64,000 nucleotides of DNA from the NCBI GenBank assembly GCA_039934815.1, contig JBDTLL010000001.1, forward strand, positions 1,010 to 65,009. Direction: 5' to 3'. The DNA comes from Daejeonella sp. GTDB lineage: Bacteria > Bacteroidota > Bacteroidia > Sphingobacteriales > Sphingobacteriaceae. A program made the position numbers and the translations under genes. Positions 32,211 to 42,144 of this stretch are shown here, one piece after another. Position 1 is the first letter of the stretch; the number at the start of each line of letters is the position of its first letter. Under the pieces are notes generated by a model. That model saw only the letters and a program-made list of their open reading frames with translations. It did not search any database and was not told where the DNA came from.

Positions 32211-32276
32211 TAGCTATCTTCAACGCAATTATTTTACAAAATTCTTCGGACGCAAAATTACAAATATTTACTAATC

Positions 32277-33218
32277 ATGCCTGAATACGGGTCAACTGAA
32301 CGTCATCCTTTTATTTCCCTCATTTTTCTTCTTTTGCTATTGCTTGCCGGAACCATTGTTTTTACAATTTTGGGCGGTGTTGCCGGAGCAGCTTTATACG
32401 GAACAACGGACGTTTTAAAATTCTTTACAGGAAATTTTAGCAATAATTTAAACCTGACCAAACTAATGCAGATTTTTTCTGCTACCGGAATGTTTATTGT
32501 ACCGGCACTCGCTTTTGCCCGGATAGAGAGCCGAAACTGGAAAAAATATTTAAAATTCAATTCAGCCTCCATCATATTATTTCTGCTGGTACTATTTATC
32601 ATGTTTAGTTCCGGGCCTTTAATGGAGCTTTCTGTAGCTATTAATGAGAAAATGAAATTGCCGGCTTTCCTTCGTGATATGGAAATCTGGATGCGAAATC
32701 AGGAAGATCAGCTTGCGGAACTTACCAAGCAACTTTTAACGATGAATAATTTTGGGGATTTAGCCGTCAATCTGTTGATGCTGGCAATCATTCCGGCTAT
32801 TGGCGAAGAATTAATTTTTCGCGGTAGCCTGCAAAAGTTATTTAACAAAATGACTGGAAATTATCACGTTGCCATTTGGATAACCGCAATTATATTCAGC
32901 GCTTTCCACATGCAGTTTTATGGTTTTTTACCAAGAATGTTTTTAGGAGCCATGTTTGGTTATCTGTTGGTTTGGAGCAATTCAATCTGGATACCGATAT
33001 TAGCGCACTTTGTGAATAATGGCGTGGCGGTTTTTACCGCATATTATTATCAGCGACAGGGAATTTCATTAGAAAAACTCGATCAGGCGCAATCTTATTC
33101 AGCAATTTTTTATGTAATAAGCGCAGTTCTTACAGCTGCTCTATTATGGTTATTTTATACCCGATCTTTTAAACAACAACAGATTATTACAGACGATAAT
33201 GGAGCAAGGCTGGGTTAA
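32277..33218 (+). CDS. CPBP/CAAX (Abi) intramembrane metalloprotease
   Basis: EELIFRG, FSAFH, AHFVNN, multiple TM helices. Confidence 0.92.
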   Translation: MPEYGSTERHPFISLIFLLLLLLAGTIVFTILGGVAGAALYGTTDVLKFFTGNFSNNLNLTKLMQIFSATGMFIVPALAFARIESRNWKKYLKFNSASIILFLLVLFIMFSSGPLMELSVAINEKMKLPAFLRDMEIWMRNQEDQLAELTKQLLTMNNFGDLAVNLLMLAIIPAIGEELIFRGSLQKLFNKMTGNYHVAIWITAIIFSAFHMQFYGFLPRMFLGAMFGYLLVWSNSIWIPILAHFVNNGVAVFTAYYYQRQGISLEKLDQAQSYSAIFYVISAVLTAALLWLFYTRSFKQQQIITDDNGARLG

Positions 33219-33402
33219 AATTTACACGTCGCACGACTTTTTTAAGTCAGAAATTGTTCGTCAGGTTTTAATAGATCACGAAATGGAAGCGATTCTAATG
33301 GATAAGCAAGGTTTTCCTTATAAAATTGGCGAAGTAGAAGTTTATATTCATCAGGATAATTTCCATAAAGCCATTGAGCTGATTGTAAAAAACGATTTAT
33401 AA
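33199..33402 (+). CDS. Small DUF2007-like protein
   Basis: 67 aa; [20 protein letters not shown]; overlaps upstream gene and abuts cdsA. Confidence 0.75.
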   Translation: MEQGWVKIYTSHDFFKSEIVRQVLIDHEMEAILMDKQGFPYKIGEVEVYIHQDNFHKAIELIVKNDL

Positions 33403-33403
33403 A

Positions 33404-34210
33404 ATGAAGACAAGGGCAATTACCGGATTTTTTTTTGTGGCTGTTATGCTTGCTTCTGTGCTGTTGGGAGCTTATGCGTTTTCATTATTTTTCTTAATTC
33501 TGAGTGTACTTAGTATTGAAGAATTTTACCGCCTGGTTAGTACAGAAATAGTGAAGCCTCAAAAACGCTGGGGAATGGTACTGGCAATTTGTATTTACTT
33601 ACCGGTTTGCTTATATTTTTTAAAAGCCGAACCCATCATTTATTTGTTGATCTGCATTCCGATAACCATATTAATTTTTATTGCCGAATTATATCGCAAA
33701 CAAAATAATCCTTTCCATAATATTGCTTACACATTGTTTGGAGTTTTGTATGCCGTAGTTCCTTTTTGCTTTTTCTACGGAATGGCATTTACTGATGGAA
33801 GTTATTCCTATCATTACCCTTTAGCATTTTTAATTTTGCTTTGGGCAAGCGATACAGGAGCTTATTTGTTTGGATCAAAACTGGGTAAGCACAAATTGTT
33901 TGAAAGACACTCGCCTAAAAAAACCTGGGAAGGATTTTTTGGTGGAATGTTTACAAGTGTTGCCGCTGCCTTTATTATTAGTATTTATTTTACAGATCTG
34001 GCACCAATCCATTGGATTGTTATTTCCATAATTATTGTAACAGGCGGCACGCTTGGCGATCTGTGTGAATCTATGTTGAAACGAAGCTTATCTGCAAAAG
34101 ATTCGGGAACACTTTTGCCCGGGCACGGCGGAATTCTGGATCGGTTTGACGGATTATTATTAGCGGCGCCACTGGTATTTGTATATTTACAATTCCTAAA
34201 ATTTATCTAG
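33404..34210 (+). CDS. cdsA: Phosphatidate cytidylyltransferase
   Basis: [29 protein letters not shown]. Confidence 0.96.
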   Translation: MKTRAITGFFFVAVMLASVLLGAYAFSLFFLILSVLSIEEFYRLVSTEIVKPQKRWGMVLAICIYLPVCLYFLKAEPIIYLLICIPITILIFIAELYRKQNNPFHNIAYTLFGVLYAVVPFCFFYGMAFTDGSYSYHYPLAFLILLWASDTGAYLFGSKLGKHKLFERHSPKKTWEGFFGGMFTSVAAAFIISIYFTDLAPIHWIVISIIIVTGGTLGDLCESMLKRSLSAKDSGTLLPGHGGILDRFDGLLLAAPLVFVYLQFLKFI

Positions 34211-34271
34211 AAATTTTCGCAATAAAGTAAATTGTAATTGTCAGTAAATTAAGTATTCAGCGGAATCTGGA

Positions 34272-35375
34272 ATGATTTTTAGGGATATTAGTACAGAACC
34301 CAAAAGCTTAATGGAACATCAAATAAAATCTTCTCCGGAAGATTATACAACTAAAGAAAAGAAAGACCGCTCATTACTATACATGGGAATTATTCTCGGA
34401 ATAATTATTCTGGTAATGGGTTATTTAACCCTGTATGTTGATGATGCCGGCAACCTTTTTTCGTTCAAAAAAGAAACAGTTTCTCTGGTAAACGATAAGT
34501 CAGAAAGTCTGCAGGAAAATGCCAGTATGAGCGAAAGCGAGATTCGTGCTTCTCTGGTAAAATTTATTCAGGCATTTTATTATGATCAGAGTCGCGGATA
34601 TTTTGATCCGCCAAGTTATTTTGCCAGCATCACCGAAACCTATTACAATTTTCACAACCTCACGTATCAACGGTTACGCAATATTCATAGCAAGCGCATT
34701 TCTGAAATGCGCAATTTAAGTCAGAACTGGATAGTTTCATCTTTAAAGTTTGAGCACGACGGACCAAATCTGGTTGCAACTTATTGGGTCAAAATGAGCT
34801 ATTTCAAGCCGGCCTGGCGAAAGCAGGAATCGGCAGATATCAAACACGAAATGGTCATTAATTCTGAAGGCAAAATTGTGTCTCTAAAGGAATTGGAAAC
34901 CAAAAATTTCAGTTCATTTACTGTTGAGCCGGAAATTGATACTTTACAGGGTGAAGATACAAACTGGGGGGAGACAAATGCTTCCGCAGCGGCTGTTCCC
35001 GCAAGTACAGAATCTGCTCCAACAGCAAATGCAGAGGCCTTGTACGAAGGCAAATTATATGATCTTGGTTCGGTTGAAACAGCACCGGAATTTCCGGGCG
35101 GACAAAAGGCACTTGCAAAATATTTAGGATTTAATTTAAAATATCCGGCAGCCGCCAGAGAAAATAATACGCAGGGAAAAGTTTATATCAGCTTTGTAAT
35201 TGAAAAAAACGGTCAGTTAACCGATTTTAAAATTATTAAAGGGATTGGAAATGGTTGTGATACCGAAGCTTTGCGTGTTTTGAAAAACAGCGTAGCCTGG
35301 AAACCTGGTATGGTTGAAGGAAAGCCAGTTCGTACAGCGTTTACTCAACCGATAATTTTCCAGATTGCTAACTAA
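34272..35375 (+). CDS. TonB family protein with an extra periplasmic domain (alternative start 34311)
   Basis: Single N-terminal TM; C-terminal TonB_C (PEFPGG, YPAAA, GKVYISFVIE, WKPG). Confidence 0.82.
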   Translation: MIFRDISTEPKSLMEHQIKSSPEDYTTKEKKDRSLLYMGIILGIIILVMGYLTLYVDDAGNLFSFKKETVSLVNDKSESLQENASMSESEIRASLVKFIQAFYYDQSRGYFDPPSYFASITETYYNFHNLTYQRLRNIHSKRISEMRNLSQNWIVSSLKFEHDGPNLVATYWVKMSYFKPAWRKQESADIKHEMVINSEGKIVSLKELETKNFSSFTVEPEIDTLQGEDTNWGETNASAAAVPASTESAPTANAEALYEGKLYDLGSVETAPEFPGGQKALAKYLGFNLKYPAAARENNTQGKVYISFVIEKNGQLTDFKIIKGIGNGCDTEALRVLKNSVAWKPGMVEGKPVRTAFTQPIIFQIAN

Positions 35376-38300
35376 CCAATTGTGGCTGTGCAATTTCTTC
35401 AAGTACCTCTATTGCGGTTTCTATAGAATTTACGTGTTCAACAGCTATTCTGAGTGAGTTTTTAATCTCCCGTAAATTACAAATCCGCGGATGCGCCTGC
35501 GCAAATTGTAAAACACGGCTAAACTGCTCGGTCTCAAAATAAGACGACTGCTTATTGCTGATAAAATATCCTCTCAAAACATTCTTTTTAAGCGATATTT
35601 TTTCAAAACCAATCATTTTTCCAAGCCATTGCAAACGCCAGGTATTTAATAATTCCCTAACGGGATCCGGAATTGGTCCAAAACGATCAATTAATTGCTG
35701 TTCAAATTGAGCCAATTGCGCTTCATCTTCAACCTTAGAAAGTTCTGTGTACAAATTGTAGCGTTCGCCAATATTGGTTACGTATTCATCCGGAATTAAA
35801 ACTTCCAGGTCCGTGTCAACCTGTGTGAAAGTGATGAATGGACGTGGTTTTTCATCCGTAAAGAGATCCTTAAATTCATCCTCTTTTAATTCCTGTATGG
35901 CTTCATCCAGAATTTTATGATACATATCAAAACCAATTTCCGCAATAAAACCACTTTGCTCGGCGCCTAAAAGGTTTCCGCTTCCGCGGATATCCAAATC
36001 CCTCATGGCCACATTAAAGCCGCTGCCAAGGTCAGAAAACTCTTCGATAGCACTTAGTCTTTTCCGGGCTTCGTTTGTTAAAGTAGATAACGGCGGACTC
36101 AGCAAATAACAGAAAGCTTTTTTGTTGGAACGACCAACTCTTCCACGCATCTGGTGCAGATCGCTTAAGCCGAACATATGCGCATGATTGATCAGTATTG
36201 TATTCGCGTTAGCAATATCCAAACCTGCTTCTATAATGGTTGTGGCAACCAATACATCATAATCGCCATCCACAAATTTCATCATTACATCTTCCAGCGC
36301 ATCGCCTTCTAACTGTCCGTGAGCTATGCCTATGCGTGCTTTTGGAACTAATCTGTTGATCAATCCTCCCAATTGCATTAAATCCTGAACGCGGTTATGA
36401 ATGAAGAAAACCTGTCCGCCCCGATCAATTTCGTACTCAACGGCTTCTTTAATCAGTTTTTCGTTAAAAACATGGAGTTCTGTAACAACCGGCTGTCTGT
36501 TTGGTGGCGGAGTGCTGATAATACTTAAATCGCGGGCGCCCATTAAACTAAAATGCAGTGTTCTTGGAATTGGCGTTGCTGTAAGAGTTAAAGTATCTAC
36601 ATTAACCCTAAACTGCTTTAATTTCTCTTTTACGCTTACGCCGAATTTTTGCTCTTCGTCTATAATCAGCAAGCCCAGGTCTTTGAATTTAACATCCTTA
36701 CTCACAATCCGGTGCGTACCAATAATAATATCAACCTTGCCTTCGGCTAATTTTTGAAGAGTTTCTTTGATCTGTTTGCTGGTTTTAAAACGATTGATGT
36801 AATCGATATTGCAGGGAAAATCTGCCAACCGCGAGGAAAATGTTTTAAAATGTTGTAAAGCAAGGATAGTTGTTGGAACCAATATCGCAACCTGCTTACT
36901 ATCTGTTACAGCTTTAAATGCTGCACGAATGGCAATTTCAGTTTTACCAAAACCCACATCGCCGCAAACCAAACGGTCCATTGGGTGCGGAGATTCCATG
37001 TCTTTTTTTACATCGGCAGTTGCCTTTACCTGATCGGGCGTATCTTCATAAATGAAAGAAGCTTCTAATTCTGTTTGCAAATACGTATCCGGATAAAAGG
37101 CATTTCCGGTTTGCGATTTGCGTTTGGCGTAAAGTTTTATCAGATCGCGGGCAATATCCTTAACTTTTTTTTTAGTGTTTTTCTTCAGCTTATCCCAAAC
37201 ATCGGTTCCAAGTTTGTTCATTTTAGGAGTTGCGCCGTCTTTGCCGGAATATTTAGAGATCCGGTTAAGCGAATTGATATTTACATACAACAAATCATTG
37301 TCGGCGTAAATTAAACGGATCATTTCCTGCGTCTTTTCATTTACCTCAACCTTTTCTAATCCGGCATATTTTCCAATTCCGTGATCAATATGCGTGATGT
37401 AATCGCCGGGTTTTAGCTCACGCAATTCTTTTAAAGTTATGGCCTGTGAGCGTACATAACCTTTTTTTAATTTGTATTTGTAATAGCGGTCAAAAATCTG
37501 ATGATCAGTATAGCACGCCAGTTTTTGTCCGTGGTCTATAAATCCTTCCCGCAAGGATAAATGTACAGGAGTAAATTTGGTAGTTTTATCGATGTCTTCG
37601 AAAATGCTGTAAAGACGTTCGATTTGTTTGGTTGAATCTGTAAAAATGAAGTTTTGTATCTGCTGATCTTCATTCAGTTTCATGTTATGAATCAGCAGGT
37701 TGAAATCCTTGTTGAAAGATGGCTGCGGCTTTATTTCGAATGAAAATGTGTCTGTTGGCGTATAGAAAAATTGCTTTCCAAATTCCAGGATTTTAAAATC
37801 ATGGAGCTGAGCAGTAAGTAATTTGTCATCAGTAAAATTGAAAATCGGATCAAGCCATTGCGGATTTTCCTTTTTGTCTTGTGCCGGTATTGCTTTCCAG
37901 AATTCTACAGCTTTTTTGTAGCCTTGGCGGATAATATCCAGGGAAAATTCCACGTCCTTAAACCAAACCAAGGTATCCGGATCAATATATTCCAGTAATG
38001 AAATGTTGTGGTCTGTTAAAAATTTGGATTGAACGTTGGGCACGATCGTAATGCTTTTTACGTTCTCCACCGAAAGTTGATCTTCGATTTCGAAAGTGCG
38101 GATGCTTTCTATAAAATCAGCAAAAAACTCAATTCGGTAAGGAAGATCATGCGAGAAAGAGAAAATATCTACAATGCCGCCACGGATTGAAAATTGACCG
38201 GGTTCATAAACAAAATCAACACGCTCAAAATCGTATTCAATTAAAAACTCATTAATAAAATCAATATTGAGCTTGTTCCCGGTAGAAATTTCGAGTGTAT

Positions 38301-38724
38301 TTTTTTCTAATGCTTCGCGATCAATAACCTTTTCTGCCAGAGCTTCCGGGTACGTCACAATCAGCTTCCCAAACTCAGAAGAATGATTTAACTCATTTAA
38401 AACCTCTGCACGCTGCAAAACGTTTCCGCTATCTACCAAAGTAAATTCAAAAGATTTGCGGTAAGACGATGGAAAGAGCAGGACTTCCTTTTGCAGGAGA
38501 TTTTCTAAATCGCTAAGAAAATATGCCGCTTCTTCTCTTTCCGGAAGAACAAAAACCATGCTCTGGTGCTGCAGAAAATATAGGGCTATGGCAACAACGG
38601 CATCGCTGGAACCCACAAGGCCTTTCAAATGTATCCGCGGGTTCTTTCCGGCATTAATTTGTTTTGCCAGATCTGCCACACGCGGGTCTGATTTGTATAA
38701 ATTTATTATATTACGAATATCCAC
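35368..38724 (-). CDS. mfd: Transcription-repair coupling factor
   Basis: HIDHGIG, GDVGFGKT, DEEQKFGV, TATPIPRT, QMRGRVGR; GTG start. Confidence 0.98.
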   Translation of the reverse strand: MDIRNIINLYKSDPRVADLAKQINAGKNPRIHLKGLVGSSDAVVAIALYFLQHQSMVFVLPEREEAAYFLSDLENLLQKEVLLFPSSYRKSFEFTLVDSGNVLQRAEVLNELNHSSEFGKLIVTYPEALAEKVIDREALEKNTLEISTGNKLNIDFINEFLIEYDFERVDFVYEPGQFSIRGGIVDIFSFSHDLPYRIEFFADFIESIRTFEIEDQLSVENVKSITIVPNVQSKFLTDHNISLLEYIDPDTLVWFKDVEFSLDIIRQGYKKAVEFWKAIPAQDKKENPQWLDPIFNFTDDKLLTAQLHDFKILEFGKQFFYTPTDTFSFEIKPQPSFNKDFNLLIHNMKLNEDQQIQNFIFTDSTKQIERLYSIFEDIDKTTKFTPVHLSLREGFIDHGQKLACYTDHQIFDRYYKYKLKKGYVRSQAITLKELRELKPGDYITHIDHGIGKYAGLEKVEVNEKTQEMIRLIYADNDLLYVNINSLNRISKYSGKDGATPKMNKLGTDVWDKLKKNTKKKVKDIARDLIKLYAKRKSQTGNAFYPDTYLQTELEASFIYEDTPDQVKATADVKKDMESPHPMDRLVCGDVGFGKTEIAIRAAFKAVTDSKQVAILVPTTILALQHFKTFSSRLADFPCNIDYINRFKTSKQIKETLQKLAEGKVDIIIGTHRIVSKDVKFKDLGLLIIDEEQKFGVSVKEKLKQFRVNVDTLTLTATPIPRTLHFSLMGARDLSIISTPPPNRQPVVTELHVFNEKLIKEAVEYEIDRGGQVFFIHNRVQDLMQLGGLINRLVPKARIGIAHGQLEGDALEDVMMKFVDGDYDVLVATTIIEAGLDIANANTILINHAHMFGLSDLHQMRGRVGRSNKKAFCYLLSPPLSTLTNEARKRLSAIEEFSDLGSGFNVAMRDLDIRGSGNLLGAEQSGFIAEIGFDMYHKILDEAIQELKEDEFKDLFTDEKPRPFITFTQVDTDLEVLIPDEYVTNIGERYNLYTELSKVEDEAQLAQFEQQLIDRFGPIPDPVRELLNTWRLQWLGKMIGFEKISLKKNVLRGYFISNKQSSYFETEQFSRVLQFAQAHPRICNLREIKNSLRIAVEHVNSIETAIEVLEEIAQPQLVS

Positions 38725-38888
38725 TCAAGCAATTTTCGATGCAAATATACAAGTAACACCGTTTAATAAACATTGTTGTGCTTTCTAAAATTTAGAAGCA
38801 TTTGATTTATGTTTTAACTTATTTAACTTAGTTAAATACCTCTTTCTTTTTAGCAGATACTATTTTATATACTTTTTAATATACAAAA

Positions 38889-39302
38889 ATGAGAAACGCA
38901 GCTAAATATGGCCTATTGATTGGAATTGTCAGTGGCATCTGGATCCTGATTATGCATTTTGCAGGAGTTTTCGAAAATGCTTACGAGAATCCGGATAAGA
39001 TGAATTGGCTGGAATATGTCTCAATAGTGATTCCTTTTGCAGGGCTGTACCTCGGTATTAAAAACTTTAGAGATCACATAAATGAAGGCAGAATGGAGTT
39101 TTTTGAAGGACTATTCGAAGGCTTTAAAATTATAATTGTGGGCGGAGTAATCACAGCATTTTTCGCGGTGGTGTATGTACAATATTCTCCAAATTTGTTG
39201 AATACCGATTATATGGGCCGAATTGGTGGCGCCGGCCTGATCGGAATTATGTTCAATCTCATCATATCGCTGGTGCTGATGAATAAGCAAAAGCATCTGT
39301 AG
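38889..39302 (+). CDS. DUF4199-like membrane protein
   Basis: Four TM helices, KYGLLIG start. Confidence 0.7.
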   Translation: MRNAAKYGLLIGIVSGIWILIMHFAGVFENAYENPDKMNWLEYVSIVIPFAGLYLGIKNFRDHINEGRMEFFEGLFEGFKIIIVGGVITAFFAVVYVQYSPNLLNTDYMGRIGGAGLIGIMFNLIISLVLMNKQKHL

Positions 39303-39303
39303 C

Positions 39304-39612
39304 ATGTTTAAACAGCTTAAATTTGAATTGATTTTTTGGATTTCAGGATTTCTTGTTTTGTTAAACATAGATCCGGCTATTCATCATTTTACGCTTTGTC
39401 CCTTAGAAAATTTAGGCTTTTCGTGGTGCCCCGGATGCGGTTTGGGAAGATCTATAGCGTTCCTTTTTCATGGAAACATTCAGGAATCAATTAACCAGCA
39501 CTGGTTTGGAATTCCGGCATTGGCCATTATTTTACACCGCATTTTTCAACTATCTAAACAACAATTCACAAATTTTTCAAAATCAAGCCTTAAAGAATGT
39601 ATCAAGATTTAA
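39304..39612 (+). CDS. DUF2752-like membrane protein
   Basis: TLCP...WCPGCGLGRS motif. Confidence 0.8.
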   Translation: MFKQLKFELIFWISGFLVLLNIDPAIHHFTLCPLENLGFSWCPGCGLGRSIAFLFHGNIQESINQHWFGIPALAIILHRIFQLSKQQFTNFSKSSLKECIKI

Positions 39613-39959
39613 TTTCTCATTTTAATGGAATGAGCCCCGAAGAGTTTCATTTTCTGGAGCAGATTATGAGCGAAATGGACGAGAAGCAAGCCCGCACATT
39701 TGTAATGTTTTATGGCGGCAAAAGAAAGTCACCACAGGATATTCTGCTTTTCACCCTGATCGGATTTATTGGCGCCGCCGGTATTCAACGCTTTGTTATA
39801 GGGCAAATCGGAATGGGGATTTTATACTTTTTTACAGGCGGTTTATGCTTAATAGGAACAATCGTCGACATAATTAATCATAAAACGCTTGCATTTGATT
39901 ATAACAAAGAGGCAGCTTACGAATCTGCCCAATTGGTAAAGTCAGAGTGGAGAAATTAA
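39597..39959 (+). CDS. TM2 domain protein
   Basis: GIQRFVIGQIGMGILYFFTGGLCLIGTIVD. Confidence 0.88.
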   Translation: MYQDLISHFNGMSPEEFHFLEQIMSEMDEKQARTFVMFYGGKRKSPQDILLFTLIGFIGAAGIQRFVIGQIGMGILYFFTGGLCLIGTIVDIINHKTLAFDYNKEAAYESAQLVKSEWRN

Positions 39960-39985
39960 GTAATGTGCGGGTTCCGCTTTAACAG

Positions 39986-40210
39986 ATGAATAGCTTTCTA
40001 GGGAAAATTCTTATTCTAACAGGCGTGTTAATCGCGTTACTGGGTGTCGTCATTTATTTTTTACCTGGGAAATTTTCCTGGATAGGAAATCTTCCGGGCG
40101 ATATCAAAATTGAAAGAAAAAATTTCAGATTCTATTTTCCGTTAACAACCATGATATTATTCAGCCTCCTGCTTACTTTGTTTGTGCGCATTTGGAGATG
40201 GCTGCAGTAA
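39986..40210 (+). CDS. DUF2905-like small membrane protein
   Basis: GNLPGDI, FYFPLTTMIL. Confidence 0.85.
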   Translation: MNSFLGKILILTGVLIALLGVVIYFLPGKFSWIGNLPGDIKIERKNFRFYFPLTTMILFSLLLTLFVRIWRWLQ

Positions 40211-40227
40211 TAAAGTAAATTCGCTGC

Positions 40228-41325
40228 ATGAAATTATTAGAAATCACTTCCTTCCTGGAAAAAACAGCTCCTTTATCTTACCAGGAAGATTATGACAATT
40301 CTGGTTTGATAGTAGGTGACCCGAATGAGGAAATTACCCAAGCTTTAATATCATTAGACTGTACGGAAGATGTTGTTGATGAGGCTATTGCAAATGGTTG
40401 TAACCTAATTATTTCTCATCATCCCATCGTTTTCCGCGGATTGAAAAAGTTTACCGGCAAAAATTATGTGGAACGGGTTATTATTAAAGCTATCAAAAAT
40501 AATATCGCGATTTACGCAATACATACCAATTACGATAATGTGCTGCATGGCGTAAACGGCAAAATCTGTCATCAGCTTGGCATTAAAAACCCGCGGATTT
40601 TATCACCGAAAAATAATCTTTTAAAAAAGCTGGTTACTTACGTTCCGGAAAAACACAGCCAGGAGGTGAAAGACGCACTTTTCCTGGCGGGAGCCGGAAA
40701 TATCGGCGAATATTCGGAATGTAGTTTTAGTAGCAGTGGAACAGGAACTTTTAAAGCTGGCGAAAACGCAGACCCATTTGTTGGTGAAATTGGTAAAAGG
40801 CATCACGAAAGTGAAGTTCGCATCGAAATGATCTATACTTCAAATCAGGAAAGAGAAATTTTGCAAGCTTTGCATCTTGCTCATCCGTATGAAGAAGTGG
40901 CTTATGATCTGTATTCTTTAGATAATAAGCATTCGCAGATAGGTTCTGGAATGATTGGAAACCTGGAAACGGAGATGGACGAAACTCAATTTTTAATTCA
41001 TATTAAAAACAAGTTGAATGCAAATGTGATCAGATACACCAAATTGCGGAATAAATCTGTTAAAAGAGTTGCAGTCTGCGGCGGCGCCGGAAGCTTTCTT
41101 TTGCAGCAGGCAATTAATGCCGGAGCAGATTTTTTTATAAGCGCAGATTTTAAGTATCACGAATTTTTTGATGCTGATAAAAAAATCGTGATTGCCGATG
41201 TGGGACATTTTGAGAGTGAGCAATTTACACAGCAACTATTGTTGGAAATTATTACAGAAAAATTTCCTAACTTTGCACTCCGTTTAACACAAAAAAACAC
41301 AAACCCCATAAATTATTTGATTTAA
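40228..41325 (+). CDS. Nif3-like dinuclear metal protein with PII-like insert
   Basis: DNSGL, SHHP, HTNYD, HPYEEVAYD, GHFESE. Confidence 0.94.
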   Translation: MKLLEITSFLEKTAPLSYQEDYDNSGLIVGDPNEEITQALISLDCTEDVVDEAIANGCNLIISHHPIVFRGLKKFTGKNYVERVIIKAIKNNIAIYAIHTNYDNVLHGVNGKICHQLGIKNPRILSPKNNLLKKLVTYVPEKHSQEVKDALFLAGAGNIGEYSECSFSSSGTGTFKAGENADPFVGEIGKRHHESEVRIEMIYTSNQEREILQALHLAHPYEEVAYDLYSLDNKHSQIGSGMIGNLETEMDETQFLIHIKNKLNANVIRYTKLRNKSVKRVAVCGGAGSFLLQQAINAGADFFISADFKYHEFFDADKKIVIADVGHFESEQFTQQLLLEIITEKFPNFALRLTQKNTNPINYLI

Positions 41326-42077
41326 TGGAACAAACTGTAGAAGAGAAATTAAAAGCATTATACGAGCTTCAAACCATTCACACACAAATCGATAAAATTC
41401 GCCAGGTTCGCGGCGAACTTCCAATGGAAGTATCTGATTTGGAAGATGATGTTGCCGGTTTAGAAACCCGTATTCAAAAAATAAAAGGCGATCTGGATGA
41501 ACTTGAGGATTCAATTGTAACCCGCAAGAACATGATCAAAGAAGCTTTGGCTGCTACTAAAAAGTACGAAACACAGCTTAATGATGTAAAAAACAATCGT
41601 GAGTATGATGCTATTTCTAAAGAAATAGAAATTCAGGGATTGGAAATTCAGGTTTCTGAAAAGAAAATTAAGGAACATACTTTCGAGATTTCTAACCGCA
41701 CAGAAGGTTATGAAAAATCTTTAGCTGAGCTTGCTGAGTTAAAGAAAAACCTTGAAATGAAAAAAGCTGAATTAGATACGATCATTTCTGAGACAGAAAA
41801 AGAAGAGTCGGTTATTATGAAAAAAGCCGATGAAGCTGAGAAACACATTGACGAGCGTTTGCTAATTGCATACAACAGATTGCGTAACAACGCGAAGAAT
41901 GGTTTGGCGGTAGTTACCATTCAGCGTGATTCTTGTTCCGGTTGTTTCAACCAGATTCCACCACAAAGGCAGTTAGATATCCGTCAGCGTAAGAAAATTA
42001 TTGTTTGCGAGCATTGCGGACGTATTTTGGTTGACGAAGGTTTTGCATTAGAAGAAAACCCGGTTTCAGCTGAGTAA
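41325..42077 (+). CDS. C4-type zinc ribbon coiled-coil protein (DUF164/CT398-like)
   Basis: Coiled coil, NNREY, CSGC...CEHCGRIL. Confidence 0.92.
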   Translation: MEQTVEEKLKALYELQTIHTQIDKIRQVRGELPMEVSDLEDDVAGLETRIQKIKGDLDELEDSIVTRKNMIKEALAATKKYETQLNDVKNNREYDAISKEIEIQGLEIQVSEKKIKEHTFEISNRTEGYEKSLAELAELKKNLEMKKAELDTIISETEKEESVIMKKADEAEKHIDERLLIAYNRLRNNAKNGLAVVTIQRDSCSGCFNQIPPQRQLDIRQRKKIIVCEHCGRILVDEGFALEENPVSAE

Positions 42078-42089
42078 TCTAACATAGAT

Positions 42090-42129
42090 ATAAAAAAAGC
42101 GGTTCAAATATTTGAACCGCTTTTTTTAT
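42090..42129. terminator. Bidirectional terminator, perfect 40-bp palindrome
   Basis: ATAAAAAAAGCGGTTCAAAT/ATTTGAACCGCTTTTTTTAT between convergent genes. Confidence 0.92.
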
Positions 42130-42144
42130 GCTTAATATTTCGTT

